From contig OY970343.1 in assembly GCA_963717525.1 (NCBI GenBank), positions 1,824,001-1,888,000 on the forward strand: 64,000 bases of DNA, read 5' to 3'. Within the stretch, counting starts at the first letter, position 1, and each line of letters starts with the position of its first letter. The notes beneath the pieces are model-generated. The model worked only from the letters and a program-made list of their open reading frames with translations, searched no databases and was not told where the DNA came from. Origin of the DNA: an uncultured Methanoregulaceae archaeon (GTDB taxonomy: Archaea; Halobacteriota; Methanomicrobia; Methanomicrobiales; Methanospirillaceae). This document shows positions 29,388 through 39,992 of the stretch, piece by piece. A program made the position numbers and the translations under genes.

Positions 29388-30788
29388 ATGGCAGTGATCG
29401 ATCAAGAGAGGGTCAACCGGATCAAACAGGTTCTCAAATGGAACCCACGAGGCATGACCATCTCGGATCTCACCAAGAAGCTGCAGATTAACCGGAACCT
29501 TATCGCAAAAAACCTGGACATGCTGGTCATCTCCGGCCAGGTGGAGATGCAGCCCGTCGGTGCAGCAAAAGTGTACTTCCTGTCGCAGAGAGTGCCGGTC
29601 TCGTCAATGCTTGAGTTTTCATCCGATCTGGTGATCATGATCGATCGGGATCAGAAGATCATATTTGTCAACGAGCAGGTACCTGCCCTCCTTGACATGC
29701 ACCGGGAAGCACTCGTCGGGAACCGGATCGACGAGATCAACAACCAGTTCCTCCGGGATCTCTACCGGAGCGTACCGGACGAGGACCCCAAAGAGCGGCC
29801 CGGTAAAGAACAGGTTGCGGAGATGACCAGCCTTATAAAGGACGTACACAGGTATTTCCGCATAAAAAAAGTGCCTACAGCTTTTGAGGACGGGAGCCAG
29901 GGAGTCACGTTTATCATCGAAGACATCACCCCACAAAAAATGTACCACCAGATGCTTGAGATCAGCGAGGCGCGATACCGTGGCCTCATCATGTCATCCG
30001 GCGAGGCTATCATCGGGAGTGACCCCGACGGCCTGATCACCAGCTGGAATCCTGCAGCCACCCGGCTTTTAGGATATGAAGAGGCCGGGATCCTCCAGCA
30101 TCCCTTCAGCAAGCTTGTGCCGAAGAAGACCTATGGGGACCTTGAACGGCTTTTAGACGATATCCGACATGGCGAATGCATCCAGCGGCGCGAGCTGCAG
30201 ATGAAGCGCCACGACGATAAAGTGATCGATGCCCTGCTCACGATCTGCCCCATTAAGGACGAGAACGGGATCATCACGGGCACATCGTCGATTGTCCGGG
30301 ATATTACCTATGAGAATCGGGACAAACGTGCACGGGAGTATGAAGACCGGTACCGTACCCTTTTCGAGGATATGAGTGTGGGGGTGTACCGGAGTACAGG
30401 CGACCCCCGGGGCAGGTTTGTCTGGGGGAATCCCGCGCTCCTCCAGATACTGGGGTACGGATCGATGGAGGATCTTCGGGGGATTGATGTGACCGATGTC
30501 TTCTCTGAACCGGACGGACGGAGGCTGCTGCTCGATGAATTACACCGGAAGGGGTTTGTCAAAAACCGGATCCTCTCCCTGAAACGTACAGACAATACAC
30601 CGGTCACGGTCAGCGTCACGGCCCTCGCGGAATTTGACAAGGAGAATAACCTGGAGTTCATCAATGGGATCGTCCAGGATATCTCGGGGGTGGTGAACCC
30701 GGGGGCCGGCCAGACGAGTTTGTCTGGCGGAACCGGGGAGCTGCGTTCGGGCGGACCGGTGCTCATACCGCCGGAAGGACACACCTGA
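29388..30788 (+). CDS. wHTH + multi-PAS regulatory protein
   Basis: N-terminal PRGMTISDL..INRNL HTH; three PAS domains. Confidence 0.85.
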   Translation: MAVIDQERVNRIKQVLKWNPRGMTISDLTKKLQINRNLIAKNLDMLVISGQVEMQPVGAAKVYFLSQRVPVSSMLEFSSDLVIMIDRDQKIIFVNEQVPALLDMHREALVGNRIDEINNQFLRDLYRSVPDEDPKERPGKEQVAEMTSLIKDVHRYFRIKKVPTAFEDGSQGVTFIIEDITPQKMYHQMLEISEARYRGLIMSSGEAIIGSDPDGLITSWNPAATRLLGYEEAGILQHPFSKLVPKKTYGDLERLLDDIRHGECIQRRELQMKRHDDKVIDALLTICPIKDENGIITGTSSIVRDITYENRDKRAREYEDRYRTLFEDMSVGVYRSTGDPRGRFVWGNPALLQILGYGSMEDLRGIDVTDVFSEPDGRRLLLDELHRKGFVKNRILSLKRTDNTPVTVSVTALAEFDKENNLEFINGIVQDISGVVNPGAGQTSLSGGTGELRSGGPVLIPPEGHT

Positions 30789-30861
30789 TATCCCGTTGCA
30801 CACCTATCAAAATCTTACTATCGGATGTAAGCGAATAGCAGAATGAAAAGGCGGTTATCGC

Positions 30862-31752
30862 ATGCGCTATTATCTCGATACTACGACGCTTTTTGTCCGT
30901 GGCGCATTCCGCGCCGCAAGCACCGGGTTCGCCGGCGGCATCCGGAACGTCACCACCCTTTTTAATCACACGGTTCCCGCCGACTGGAACCATGCCGGCC
31001 CGGAAAAAGAGATTGCGCTGGTCACGGCGGCTGCCGGCACCGGGCCGGACGTGCTGGGGTTATTGACCGCAGTCCCAATCCGGCACCTCTGCGTGCTCCA
31101 GTACGATTTTGTCACGGTCTTTGTGACTGCCGGCATCAGTCAGAAGCAGTCAGAAGGTCCCGGCACCATCAACATCATCGCGTACAGCAGCGAGGGGATG
31201 GAAGATTCCGCGCTGCTCGAAACGATCATGGTCGCGAGCGAGGCCAAAGCCGAGGCCATGCTTGCTTTTGGGCGGGGCTCCGGTACCCCCACCGATGCCG
31301 TGATCGCCGCGTGCGAAGGGGAGGTAAAACACCGGTACTCCGGGCGGATCACGGAGCCGGGCCACCGGGTACGGGATGCGGTACTCAGGGGGGTGCCTGA
31401 AGCCCTCCGCCGTTTCGAAAGCGGGGCGACACACACGGAGCCTGCCTTTTTCATCTACAGCCGGTTCGAAGGCGGACACTGGGTGGAGTGGTCGCCGGTC
31501 AACTGCCCCTACTATCCCTGCCATTTCCCGAGGCAGTCCTGCGACTTCTGCTACTGCCCGTTCTACCCGTGCAAGGACGAATCACTCGGCGAATGGTCAA
31601 CAGGCACCACAAACGGCCGGGTCTGGAACTGTTCACGCTGTACCCTGCTGCACGAACCGGCAGTCGCGGACTACCTGAAATGTTATCCTGATGCCCCGCT
31701 CGAAGAGCTGGTTCGCTACAGAAAGAAACAAAAAAAGGAAGTTATTCCTTGA
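30862..31752 (+). CDS. cbiZ: Adenosylcobinamide amidohydrolase-like protein fused to a Cys-rich small domain
   Basis: GTINII, EAKA, SGTPTDA; C-terminal CPYYPCH...CDFCYCPFYPC...WNCSRC..H. Confidence 0.8.
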   Translation: MRYYLDTTTLFVRGAFRAASTGFAGGIRNVTTLFNHTVPADWNHAGPEKEIALVTAAAGTGPDVLGLLTAVPIRHLCVLQYDFVTVFVTAGISQKQSEGPGTINIIAYSSEGMEDSALLETIMVASEAKAEAMLAFGRGSGTPTDAVIAACEGEVKHRYSGRITEPGHRVRDAVLRGVPEALRRFESGATHTEPAFFIYSRFEGGHWVEWSPVNCPYYPCHFPRQSCDFCYCPFYPCKDESLGEWSTGTTNGRVWNCSRCTLLHEPAVADYLKCYPDAPLEELVRYRKKQKKEVIP

Positions 31753-31936
31753 TCCCGAGAGCCTTCAGGAGCTCGGGGAGAGGGATGCCATGTGCCTCGG
31801 CGGCCTCACGAATGGTCTCGCCGCGGGCGATGGCGCATCCGACACATCCCATTCCGAACTTGAAGAGGGCCTCGGTGGATTCCGGTTTTGCCTGGAGAAG
31901 ATCGTAGATCGTAGAGTCTGCGGTTAATTCAGCCAT
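31742..31936 (-). CDS. DUF1858-family small protein
   Basis: FGMGCVGC....ETI.EAA..HGI. Confidence 0.85.
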   Translation of the reverse strand: MAELTADSTIYDLLQAKPESTEALFKFGMGCVGCAIARGETIREAAEAHGIPLPELLKALGIKE

Positions 31937-32071
31937 ACTACACTTAGTTCCCGTGCGGGGACATAAACCTCACCATCGCGGCGACAGATGCGTAAACATG
32001 ATTACTTTCACAGCGCACGGTACCTGCTATATACCAGATATGGAATCCGATGTACCCTTGGAGATGTAAGA

Positions 32072-33319
32072 ATGGATTATTCCGAAGCTACTGAGAGAAT
32101 CTCCCGAAAGTTCAAAAAAAGCGGAAACGAGATCGACCGTCAGAAGGTTGAGGGTAAGCTGCGCCGGCTCATCGAGGAGTTCGGCGTCCAGCCTTCCGAG
32201 GCGGAACGCAGCGTCTCAAACGAACTGGCAAAAGAATTCAACATCCAGCCCGCAGGCCCTCAGGGGTCGCCCGGAGCGGGCGGCGCAACCGGGGAAAAAG
32301 TGATCGCAGAGGCCCGTCCCGGGGACTGGGTGACACTTGTTGGGAAAGTAGTCTCCCTTGCCACGCCCGCTTCGCCGGCGATTGCCCAGAGCGGGATTCT
32401 GGCCGACGAATCGGGCGCGATCCGGTTTGTGGTCTGGACCAAGTCCAATGCGCCGAAAATGATGGATGGCGCATGGTACCGGATCGAATCGGCCGTGGTC
32501 GATGAATACAAGAACGTCCCCAACCTGAAAGTGCACTCGGGGACCACGATCACGGAGATCGACAAGACCGATCCGTTGATCCCGGCACCGTCACCGGTCA
32601 AGGATCTCCGGCCCGGGATCGGGAGCGTCCGTGCAAAGGTGATCCAGGAATGGGACGCCACGCACGACCGGATGCTCCAGTCAGGCCTCCTAGGCGACGA
32701 GACCGGCACGGTCAAATTCGTGATCTGGAAGGAGCAGGGAAAAGAGAAGCTCGTCGTGGGCTCGGTCTACTCAATTTTCTATGCGCAGGTGGACGAGTTC
32801 AACGAACGGCTCTCGCTCAACATCACGGGCGCAACGATTATGCAGGAAGAGGGTGACATCGCAACCGCAACCGGCGGTGATGCGGAGATCCGTGGCGCCA
32901 TCGTGCATGTCGCGCCCGGATCAGGGATCATCAAGCGCTGCCCGGTCGAAGGCTGCAACCGAGCCCTCTCCCGACAGAACTACTGCCCGATCCACGAGAT
33001 CCAGCCAAAGTTCGTCTACGACTTGCGGATCAAGGGCTGGCTGGACGATGGCGAAAAAACGCACAACCTCCTCCTGAAGCGCGATGTCGTGGAAGCATTG
33101 ACCGGCATCAACCTCGACCAGGCAAAGGAGATCGCGGAGAACAACCCGCTCGGGATGGACGAGGTCTTTTTGCAGATGCGGGAGAAGGTGCTGGGCCGGT
33201 ACGTGACCTGTAAGGGCCGCGAGATCGAGAACCGGCTACTCGTGAACACCTGCGAGCGGATGCACTTTGAGAGCGGGGAACATGCGAAGCTCCTCAACCG
33301 GGCCGGGGGTGTACCATGA
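32072..33319 (+). CDS. rpa: Replication protein A (multi-OB-fold ssDNA-binding protein)
   Basis: Repeated G.L.DE(S/T)G...F..W OB folds; CPxxxC...CPxH Zn finger. Confidence 0.88.
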   Translation: MDYSEATERISRKFKKSGNEIDRQKVEGKLRRLIEEFGVQPSEAERSVSNELAKEFNIQPAGPQGSPGAGGATGEKVIAEARPGDWVTLVGKVVSLATPASPAIAQSGILADESGAIRFVVWTKSNAPKMMDGAWYRIESAVVDEYKNVPNLKVHSGTTITEIDKTDPLIPAPSPVKDLRPGIGSVRAKVIQEWDATHDRMLQSGLLGDETGTVKFVIWKEQGKEKLVVGSVYSIFYAQVDEFNERLSLNITGATIMQEEGDIATATGGDAEIRGAIVHVAPGSGIIKRCPVEGCNRALSRQNYCPIHEIQPKFVYDLRIKGWLDDGEKTHNLLLKRDVVEALTGINLDQAKEIAENNPLGMDEVFLQMREKVLGRYVTCKGREIENRLLVNTCERMHFESGEHAKLLNRAGGVP

Positions 33320-33915
33320 GCACCGCGGCACCGGAGATGGGCCGGCGCGACGGCAGTTTCGAGCGCGAGCCGGCACGCCGGGTCTTTGCAAGCGAACTCC
33401 GGGAGTGCAGGTACCAGTTCAAGGTCGGCGAAGACGAGAAGAGCCCCACGTTCGTGCTCCTGCCCACCGGAGAGCGTAGCAACCGGATCTTCGTTGCCGG
33501 CACGCTGACCGAGAAGTCCCGGCAGGGCGAGCAAAACATATTCTACCGGGGCCGGGTGATCGACCCGACCGGCACGTTCTTTATCATGGCGGGGAGTTAC
33601 CAGCCCGAAGCGATGCAGCAGTTGGCAAAGATCGAGACGCCTGCGTTTGTTGCGGTGACAGGAAAGCCGAACCTGTACCAGAAGCCGGATGGGTCATACC
33701 TCGTCTCGGTCAGGGTTGAATCGATAACAGTTGTGGACAAGGAGACCCGGGATATCTGGGTGCTGGACACCGCAGCCCGAACACTCGACCGGCTCGACGC
33801 GCTCGCCACCGGCACGAGCCCGGATATCGTCAAGGCAAAAGAGCAGTACCCCGCGCTCGACCCGTCAGTGTACCGGAAGATTGTCTACGATGCGCTGGCG
33901 CAGATCAAGATGTAA
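33316..33915 (+). CDS. RPA-associated OB-fold protein
   Basis: REPARRVFASEL, PTGERSNRIFVAG, DPTGTF; coupled to rpa. Confidence 0.85.
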   Translation: MSTAAPEMGRRDGSFEREPARRVFASELRECRYQFKVGEDEKSPTFVLLPTGERSNRIFVAGTLTEKSRQGEQNIFYRGRVIDPTGTFFIMAGSYQPEAMQQLAKIETPAFVAVTGKPNLYQKPDGSYLVSVRVESITVVDKETRDIWVLDTAARTLDRLDALATGTSPDIVKAKEQYPALDPSVYRKIVYDALAQIKM

Positions 33916-33925
33916 TTTTTTTTTT
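33914..33925 (+). terminator. Oligo-T archaeal terminator
   Basis: Long T run immediately after the stop of the RPA-associated gene. Confidence 0.5.
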
Positions 33926-34044
33926 GAATGGCACCTGAATTGCTTTATGATGGGATAAGAGGTGGATATTACCCTACGCCATACCATTCCCTATCCGATA
34001 AACAATGTCACATAATTGCTGAATTAATGGCTTCTTTTAATCAG

Positions 34045-34455
34045 GGTAATTGCGATTCCTGCCGCCGCCCCCGACGGGGCGCCCCCGCGGCGGCTCACAA
34101 TTGAGAATGCCGGTACACCTCCCTCGCCCAGCGAGGCCCCGACGAGGCGGCCGAGCGACCCCGAAGGGGTGGGAAACTCTCGCATTGGTTCTGTTGCAAT
34201 ACATCCTTCGTCGGCCCACACAATGTACACCGCCCGACCCCCTCCCATGATCCTACCTCTCCATTAACCTATTAACGACGTAAATTATTGGATATTTTGC
34301 CAAAAACTGCAGATATGATGGAGGGGGTCGGGCCACTATTTTCAGTCGCGACCCGTGCAAAAGAGAATATATTCAGGAACATTTACGGCAGCACTTTTTA
34401 GGACCGTTTCGGAGTGCGAAATGAAGAGTACACCATCAGACCCCCTCTCCACGTT
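34045..34455. repeat. GC-rich multi-hairpin intergenic element (REP/MITE-like or ncRNA)
   Basis: Stems 34061-68/34087-94, 34122-27/34131-36 and 34158-62/34166-70; perfect 14-bp IR 34232-45/34320-33. Confidence 0.5.
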
Positions 34456-34581
34456 GAAGGGCTTGCAGGTAAAACCTCAAAAAAATTGAGCCACATCCGC
34501 TGCACAAACGAAAAACCGGGAGGCGTTTCCCTTTAAGGGCGTGTGAAATCGAAAAATTCAGGGAAAATGGTAAAATGTTCA

Positions 34582-35094
34582 TTAGAGATTTGCATTCTGG
34601 TAGACGACTGCCTCGGCGCCATTCGCAAAATTCGCGGTGACGAGGACGTTGTTCGTACCTGAAGAACCGGTGAATGTTCCGCCAGCCCCCGGGTTTGTGC
34701 CCAGTGTCCCGGCCTGAGCCCCGTTGATTAATACCTTAAGTCCGGTGATCTCGCCGGCGTTGCAGGTTGTGGTCATGAGCTCAAGCCGTATGGAAGAGGG
34801 CGGGACTTTGCTTCCGGTTATCCCAATTGTGCATGTCGGTTGTGACGGGAGAGATTCATCCGCACTCATCGGTTGGACGGTAAGTACCGGTGCTACCGGC
34901 GTCACCGGGCCCGGTCCTGCAACCGGGCTCATCAGGACTACCGCGACCACGATAACAACAACGACAATGAGCACGATAATAATAAGGTACGGCGTCAGGG
35001 CACTCTTTTTCTTCAGGACAGCCCGGCAGTTCGGGCAGGAGTTCTGGCCGGGTTCTACAGATGCGCCACAGCGGGGGCAGGTCTTCAACGCCAT
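34582..35094 (-). CDS. Zinc-ribbon, single-TM protein with extracellular beta domain
   Basis: CPRCG...CPNC, TM helix, Pro/Thr linker. Confidence 0.75.
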   Translation of the reverse strand: MALKTCPRCGASVEPGQNSCPNCRAVLKKKSALTPYLIIIVLIVVVVIVVAVVLMSPVAGPGPVTPVAPVLTVQPMSADESLPSQPTCTIGITGSKVPPSSIRLELMTTTCNAGEITGLKVLINGAQAGTLGTNPGAGGTFTGSSGTNNVLVTANFANGAEAVVYQNANL

Positions 35095-35152
35095 ATACAC
35101 TGGCGTTTGCCGGGATAATTAATAGCAGTATCCATAAAAATGGGAAAAAATG

Positions 35153-35863
35153 TTACATCCCTCCGAGCGCCCGAAGACTCTTCATAACACCATCGAAACT
35201 TTTTACTTCAATAACTGCGGTTGCATGCTCCCGCCGCATGGCAGCCATTACCGGAGGAAAAGCGATGTCCCCTTCTCCCACGGCGCTATGAGAGTCCTGG
35301 TTCCCGTTATTATCATGAAGGTGCATATGGCAAAACGTCGTGTCAAGAAATTCCGGCAGGCACCGGTTGAGGTTCGCATGCCCCACATCGAGGGTGAACC
35401 GGTGACCTTCGATAAGAGCAAGGTCTTCCGGGGTCCGCAGGTTAAAAAAATTCATGTCCCCCATGTTCTCGAACGAGAACGCGACTGACAGATCGCGTGC
35501 GGCACAGGAAAGCTCGTCAAGGGATTTGACAAACTGTCCCGTGGCCTGCTCGCGCTCCTGCTCCCATGCAAAATAGCCCGGGTGGAGGACAACGGCAGCG
35601 CCAATCTCTGCCGCCCGCGCAAAGCAGTCGGTCATCACCTCGACGCTCGCGCTGCGGACGGCCTCGAAAAGGCAGGCGATGTTCATCCCATGGTACGGTG
35701 CATGGAAGATGAAGTCCCCGGAATAGCTCTCGAAGAGTTCCGGGCTGTCCACAAAATGGGGGCCCTCGTCCATTACCTCGATAAGACCGGTGAGGCCGGA
35801 CAGCCGGTCCAGTGCAACCGGGAGCGGCTCGTCAAGGAGGCAATAGGTCGAGATGCCGATCAT
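35153..35863 (-). CDS. Sugar-phosphate isomerase/epimerase (xylose-isomerase-like TIM barrel)
   Basis: HAP, HPG, ENM, DVGHA, HLHDN..D.H...GEG, IE motifs. Confidence 0.88.
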   Translation of the reverse strand: MIGISTYCLLDEPLPVALDRLSGLTGLIEVMDEGPHFVDSPELFESYSGDFIFHAPYHGMNIACLFEAVRSASVEVMTDCFARAAEIGAAVVLHPGYFAWEQEREQATGQFVKSLDELSCAARDLSVAFSFENMGDMNFFNLRTPEDLALIEGHRFTLDVGHANLNRCLPEFLDTTFCHMHLHDNNGNQDSHSAVGEGDIAFPPVMAAMRREHATAVIEVKSFDGVMKSLRALGGM

Positions 35864-35961
35864 GATGAGCGGTAGCGCATGACGGGATAAATAGATGTGG
35901 ATTAATGGCCCCCTTTGCGTTCAGGAATCTCCCGCCCGGGGGCAGCAACGACCGGAAGCCG

Positions 35962-37146
35962 TCAGTATACCGGCATCAGGCCGCGATGGGTCCCGGTCAG
36001 GGATCGCCCACCCTGCGGCGTCACGACAAAGGTATTCTCGATGCCGACAAGGCCGACTCCCGTTACTCCCTTTTTCGGCTCGACCGCAAAGACCATCCCT
36101 TCCTGCAGCGGTTCATCGAATCCTTTCGCGATCACCGGGCTCTCGTCAATCCACAGACCGATCCCGTGGCCGAGGAACTTCACTGTGTTCTGCCTGTATC
36201 CCATGAACCCGTCCCTGAACTCCGGGGTAAGGCCGTCCATGACCGTGGTGTAGATTTCCGATGGGATCGCACCCGGTTTCAGGAATGCTTCAACCTCGTC
36301 CTGCACCGCGACGCACTGCTCGTGAACCCGGATCGCCTCTTCCGGGATGGATCTCCCGAACATGTACGACTGCGTCTTGTCAGTATGGTATCCCTCAACA
36401 CCACAACCGATATCGATCACGACAAGATCGCCTTTTTCGAGTTTTCTCTCCCGGCTCCCGGACATGGGGACTGCGGGATTCAGGCCTGATATGCCCCCGG
36501 GTGTGTCAACGCACGTGGGAGAGATTGAACTGGTCCCAAACCCGATCTGGCCAAGGAGCATCTCGTTAAACATCCCAAAACGCATGAGCCCCTGGTGCCC
36601 TTCCCGCACCATGACCGAATAGAGATCGGCTGTAAGCGAGATTTCATCGATCCCTTCACGAAGAAGGTCCGGAGCGAGATCCTCAAGCACATGCCGGTGG
36701 ATCGCCCCGGCCTTTTCCATAAGAGCGAGCTGGTACGGGCTTTTGACCGACCGGACTGCCGCAATGTGTGCGTCAAGCGGAAGCGGCGACGTAAAGGCAA
36801 AATGCTTCTGCATGCGCCCGTACTGGGCGAGCGTAACCGAATCGAGTTCGAGATAAACCGGGCCCGTAATCGGGCCGGTCGCCGCTGCCGCGTCCCGGAA
36901 GCTCTTCATCTGCCGTATATCGGCAAAGAGCGATTCGCACTGCGCCCGCTCGTAACTTTTCCTGACCCAGAAAATGGCATCGCCATCCCGAGGCACAAGG
37001 AGCAGGCCGTCCTGGATGGTGCCGGTGAAGTAGTAGAGGTTCACCTTCTCTGATATGACCGCGACCGACCAGCCTGAGCAGCGGCGATCCATCTCTGCAC
37101 GGAACCGGGCCATCCGGGCGGTGAGCTCTGTTGCGGGAACCTGCAT
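35962..37146 (-). CDS. Xaa-Pro (M24) peptidase family protein
   Basis: DIG...YHTD, GHGIGL..DE, AVEPK, GIEN metal ligands. Confidence 0.9.
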   Translation of the reverse strand: MQVPATELTARMARFRAEMDRRCSGWSVAVISEKVNLYYFTGTIQDGLLLVPRDGDAIFWVRKSYERAQCESLFADIRQMKSFRDAAAATGPITGPVYLELDSVTLAQYGRMQKHFAFTSPLPLDAHIAAVRSVKSPYQLALMEKAGAIHRHVLEDLAPDLLREGIDEISLTADLYSVMVREGHQGLMRFGMFNEMLLGQIGFGTSSISPTCVDTPGGISGLNPAVPMSGSRERKLEKGDLVVIDIGCGVEGYHTDKTQSYMFGRSIPEEAIRVHEQCVAVQDEVEAFLKPGAIPSEIYTTVMDGLTPEFRDGFMGYRQNTVKFLGHGIGLWIDESPVIAKGFDEPLQEGMVFAVEPKKGVTGVGLVGIENTFVVTPQGGRSLTGTHRGLMPVY

Positions 37147-37366
37147 GATCTGTCTAGAAATTGTGCTGGATTGCTATTTATCGGTGCTCTAAAAACAGGG
37201 GATGAGGATCCTGGCCCCGGGACTGCACCCACGTACCGGAAAAATCGGAAATCTTTATTTTTGAGTGATCAAAGGAACATTAAAAAAATTGAAAATCGGG
37301 TTTCGAACAAATTTTGAAATGTTCCTGATTTTTCATCCCGATGATTTGGTGGAGATTTATGCCACC

Positions 37367-37900
37367 CTAACTGGTATGTCTCCAGTTGATATTGGCTATC
37401 CTCACATCATACGTTCCGGTTTCTCCCAGCTGGCACCCGTCAATTATGTGAATACTATAGGAGCTTGTGCCTTGCGGATTGATCGTAACGGTATCATCTC
37501 CGGTAATCAGTTCATCTCCATAATTATCGTACCCGGTGCCAGTGATCTCTACGTAAAGCACATGATTGACATTACTCTTGACAGTCCCGGTAATACTTAA
37601 CAAACCTGTGATCTGACATGTCACCATTTTTGTTGTAATTTCTGCAACCGGCATTTCTGCTGGTGCCGGGATCCCGGCATACGCACTTCCGGCAGGAAAG
37701 ACCTCCGGGGCACTTCCGGCGTTTGAATTGCCCTGCCCGCTAAAGCCTGTCTCGCCAAAAATTATCAAAAATACTATAAGAAGAAATACCCCCACAAGGG
37801 CAATTACAACCAGGTGATGCAGGTTATCCTGTTTTTTTATCGGTTCTGCGGACTGCGAACCCGGGGGACGGTCATACGGCCTCCTTATGAATCCTGGCAA
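37367..37900 (-). CDS. Hypothetical single-TM protein
   Basis: TM segment then an Ig-like (FxLYD-like) beta domain; start uncertain. Confidence 0.6.
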   Translation of the reverse strand: MPGFIRRPYDRPPGSQSAEPIKKQDNLHHLVVIALVGVFLLIVFLIIFGETGFSGQGNSNAGSAPEVFPAGSAYAGIPAPAEMPVAEITTKMVTCQITGLLSITGTVKSNVNHVLYVEITGTGYDNYGDELITGDDTVTINPQGTSSYSIHIIDGCQLGETGTYDVRIANINWRHTS

Positions 37901-38526
37901 TCCGGAGAGGGGATCCAGATGAGTACAGCTCCTGCAGCAAAGATAATGCCTGTGCTATCCCAGGCGTTGATCGTTTTGCCGACGCAGAAACAATGAGAAT
38001 ATTTTTTGGCATAAGAATTCCTGGTGCAAACCGGTAAATATACGCAGATTTTTCCCGACCTCTGCATGAAGATCCGGGAAAGGACGTGGTTGACGTTCTC
38101 GTCTTTTGTGCTTTCTTCGTACGATACTGGCATAGCAGCATTCGCAATACAATGTATAGCGCATTTTACATTTTGTTATTTAAACATTAGCAATCTTTAC
38201 AAATTCAGATTCAATGTGGAGTCCGTACGCGATTTTTCCAGATGTTTCTGCAGGCTCTGGTGCATCGGCTCCTCTTTAAAACCAGATAACTATTGATTAT
38301 GATGGGGCACTCTCGCACACCAGTGTGATGCCAGAATACTACACGCCGGAAGGTGCTTCTCCGGAGGCGGTTTGTCGCATTGTTCTTCTTGTGTCTTGTG
38401 ATAAGGTGCCGATCTGCAGCGGGGCGCCCCTTTTTTGGCGGCGCCATTCTTCCATTGTACGGGGTTGGAAGACAGACCTGTGACGATGGACCGGGTAGGG
38501 AAGCTGAATAAGAAAACAAAGAAACG

Positions 38527-39204
38527 TTATTCCCGGTGCTTGTCCGCTTCCCACCGCTCCAGCACCTCGTTTCCTTCGACAAAGACGAGGTTGTGGCGTT
38601 TAGCGTACTTCTTTGCGTCGGCCTTGGAGAGCGCATAGCCGCTCTCGTCGTCCAGCATCTCGCAGATCGTGACCGAGGGGTTAATGCCCGCCATCTCGGC
38701 CATGGCGATCGAGAGCTCGGTCTGGCCGCGCCGGACATCGAGCAGGCCGTCGGCCGCCCGCAGGAGTGCCATGTGACCGGGCGTCCTGAAGATCTCGTGG
38801 AAGTTTTCCCCACCGCCATTGAGTGCCCGCTTTACCTGTTCTGCGATTGCGTTCACGGTGAGCGTGCGGTCGCGGTCGGTGATGCCGGTGAAGGTGTTTC
38901 GGTGGTTCACCCAGAGCGAAAATGAGGAGTGGTTCTTGCGGTCGTACGGGATGTCCCCCTCGCGCTCGGCCACCGCGGTTGCCCGCAGGGCGTCGCTCGC
39001 GAATGGGAGGCCAAGGCGCTGCGCCGCAACGGGATGCATCGCGGTGCAGATCAGGCCGCCACCGTCCTTGCGCATGCGAACGATGTCCCGCGGAGTCACT
39101 GCATCGGAGCGGATAGCAAAGTCAGTCTCACCCTCGCGGTCGTCGAAATCGTAAAGGAGGATAAACTTCCCGTCCCGCAGCGCGGCAAGGGCATCGTCGA
39201 TCAC
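38527..39204 (-). CDS. ribB: 3,4-dihydroxy-2-butanone-4-phosphate synthase
   Basis: REGETD, TGITDRDR, FRTPGH, RRGQTE, CEM. Confidence 0.95.
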   Translation of the reverse strand: MIDDALAALRDGKFILLYDFDDREGETDFAIRSDAVTPRDIVRMRKDGGGLICTAMHPVAAQRLGLPFASDALRATAVAEREGDIPYDRKNHSSFSLWVNHRNTFTGITDRDRTLTVNAIAEQVKRALNGGGENFHEIFRTPGHMALLRAADGLLDVRRGQTELSIAMAEMAGINPSVTICEMLDDESGYALSKADAKKYAKRHNLVFVEGNEVLERWEADKHRE

Positions 39205-39869
39205 GGCCCCACCTCAACGTTGATGCTGTCGTTGTCTTCGACACCGAGCCTGCGGCGGAGGGCAACCGGGGCGATTACTTCGAGGAGGTCATCGGGATAA
39301 TGCGTGCGCCCGGGCACTACGATGCCGCACTTGATTGTCCCAATCCGGCAAGGGATGCAGCGGGCATCGCCGAAGGTCCGGCCGTCTGTGGAGAACCCCT
39401 TGATCCGCGTCCAGTCAAGCGCATCGATCTTTTTACGGATCGCCAGACTCGAGGGAACGAGCCGGATGTTCAGCGTGCCGGGGTAGGGTTCGAACCCGAG
39501 GGCAGCGGTGAACTGCTCTTTGTACGGCCCCAGGCTCATGTAGTACTTGCCCTCACCGATGCCGCTGACCACGGAACCGCTGAGGAGGTAATGGTTTTCG
39601 CCACCTTCCGAAAAGATCCTGCAGTACTCCTGGTACTCCCTTATGAGCACCTCTTCGCCGGCTTTTGTCACGGTCACATGCTGGCCGTCCGCCGCGAGGT
39701 TCCGGGTGATGAGCCCGGCACTCTCGAGGCTTTTGAGCCGGCGCGACGCGGTCTGCTGGCTGATGCCCAACATCTCGCCGATGCTCTGGGTGGAGACAAA
39801 GATGGGACCCCGGCACCCGCCCCTCACTGCAAGGACCTTGAGACACTGGAGATCTTCAGCGGGAATCAT
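39201..39869 (-). CDS. ribK: CTP-dependent riboflavin kinase with N-terminal wHTH
   Basis: SQQTASRRL HTH; SGIGEG, PYPGTLN, P.RTHYP...LE. Confidence 0.93.
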   Translation of the reverse strand: MIPAEDLQCLKVLAVRGGCRGPIFVSTQSIGEMLGISQQTASRRLKSLESAGLITRNLAADGQHVTVTKAGEEVLIREYQEYCRIFSEGGENHYLLSGSVVSGIGEGKYYMSLGPYKEQFTAALGFEPYPGTLNIRLVPSSLAIRKKIDALDWTRIKGFSTDGRTFGDARCIPCRIGTIKCGIVVPGRTHYPDDLLEVIAPVALRRRLGVEDNDSINVEVGP

Positions 39870-39992
39870 AGTTACCAAATTTGAGTTGCTTGCTATTTAT
39901 GAGTTGCTTTGTGGACAGGCCCCGCCGTGGTTCGTTCGTTGTCGAATGCACGTTCGTTAATTATTTAACAGGCCGGGTCAACTTAGCTGAGC

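Noticed and set aside
34187..34199. GGTTCTGTTGCAA as an IS6 terminal repeat
   Set aside because: No partner IR, TSD or transposase was found nearby.
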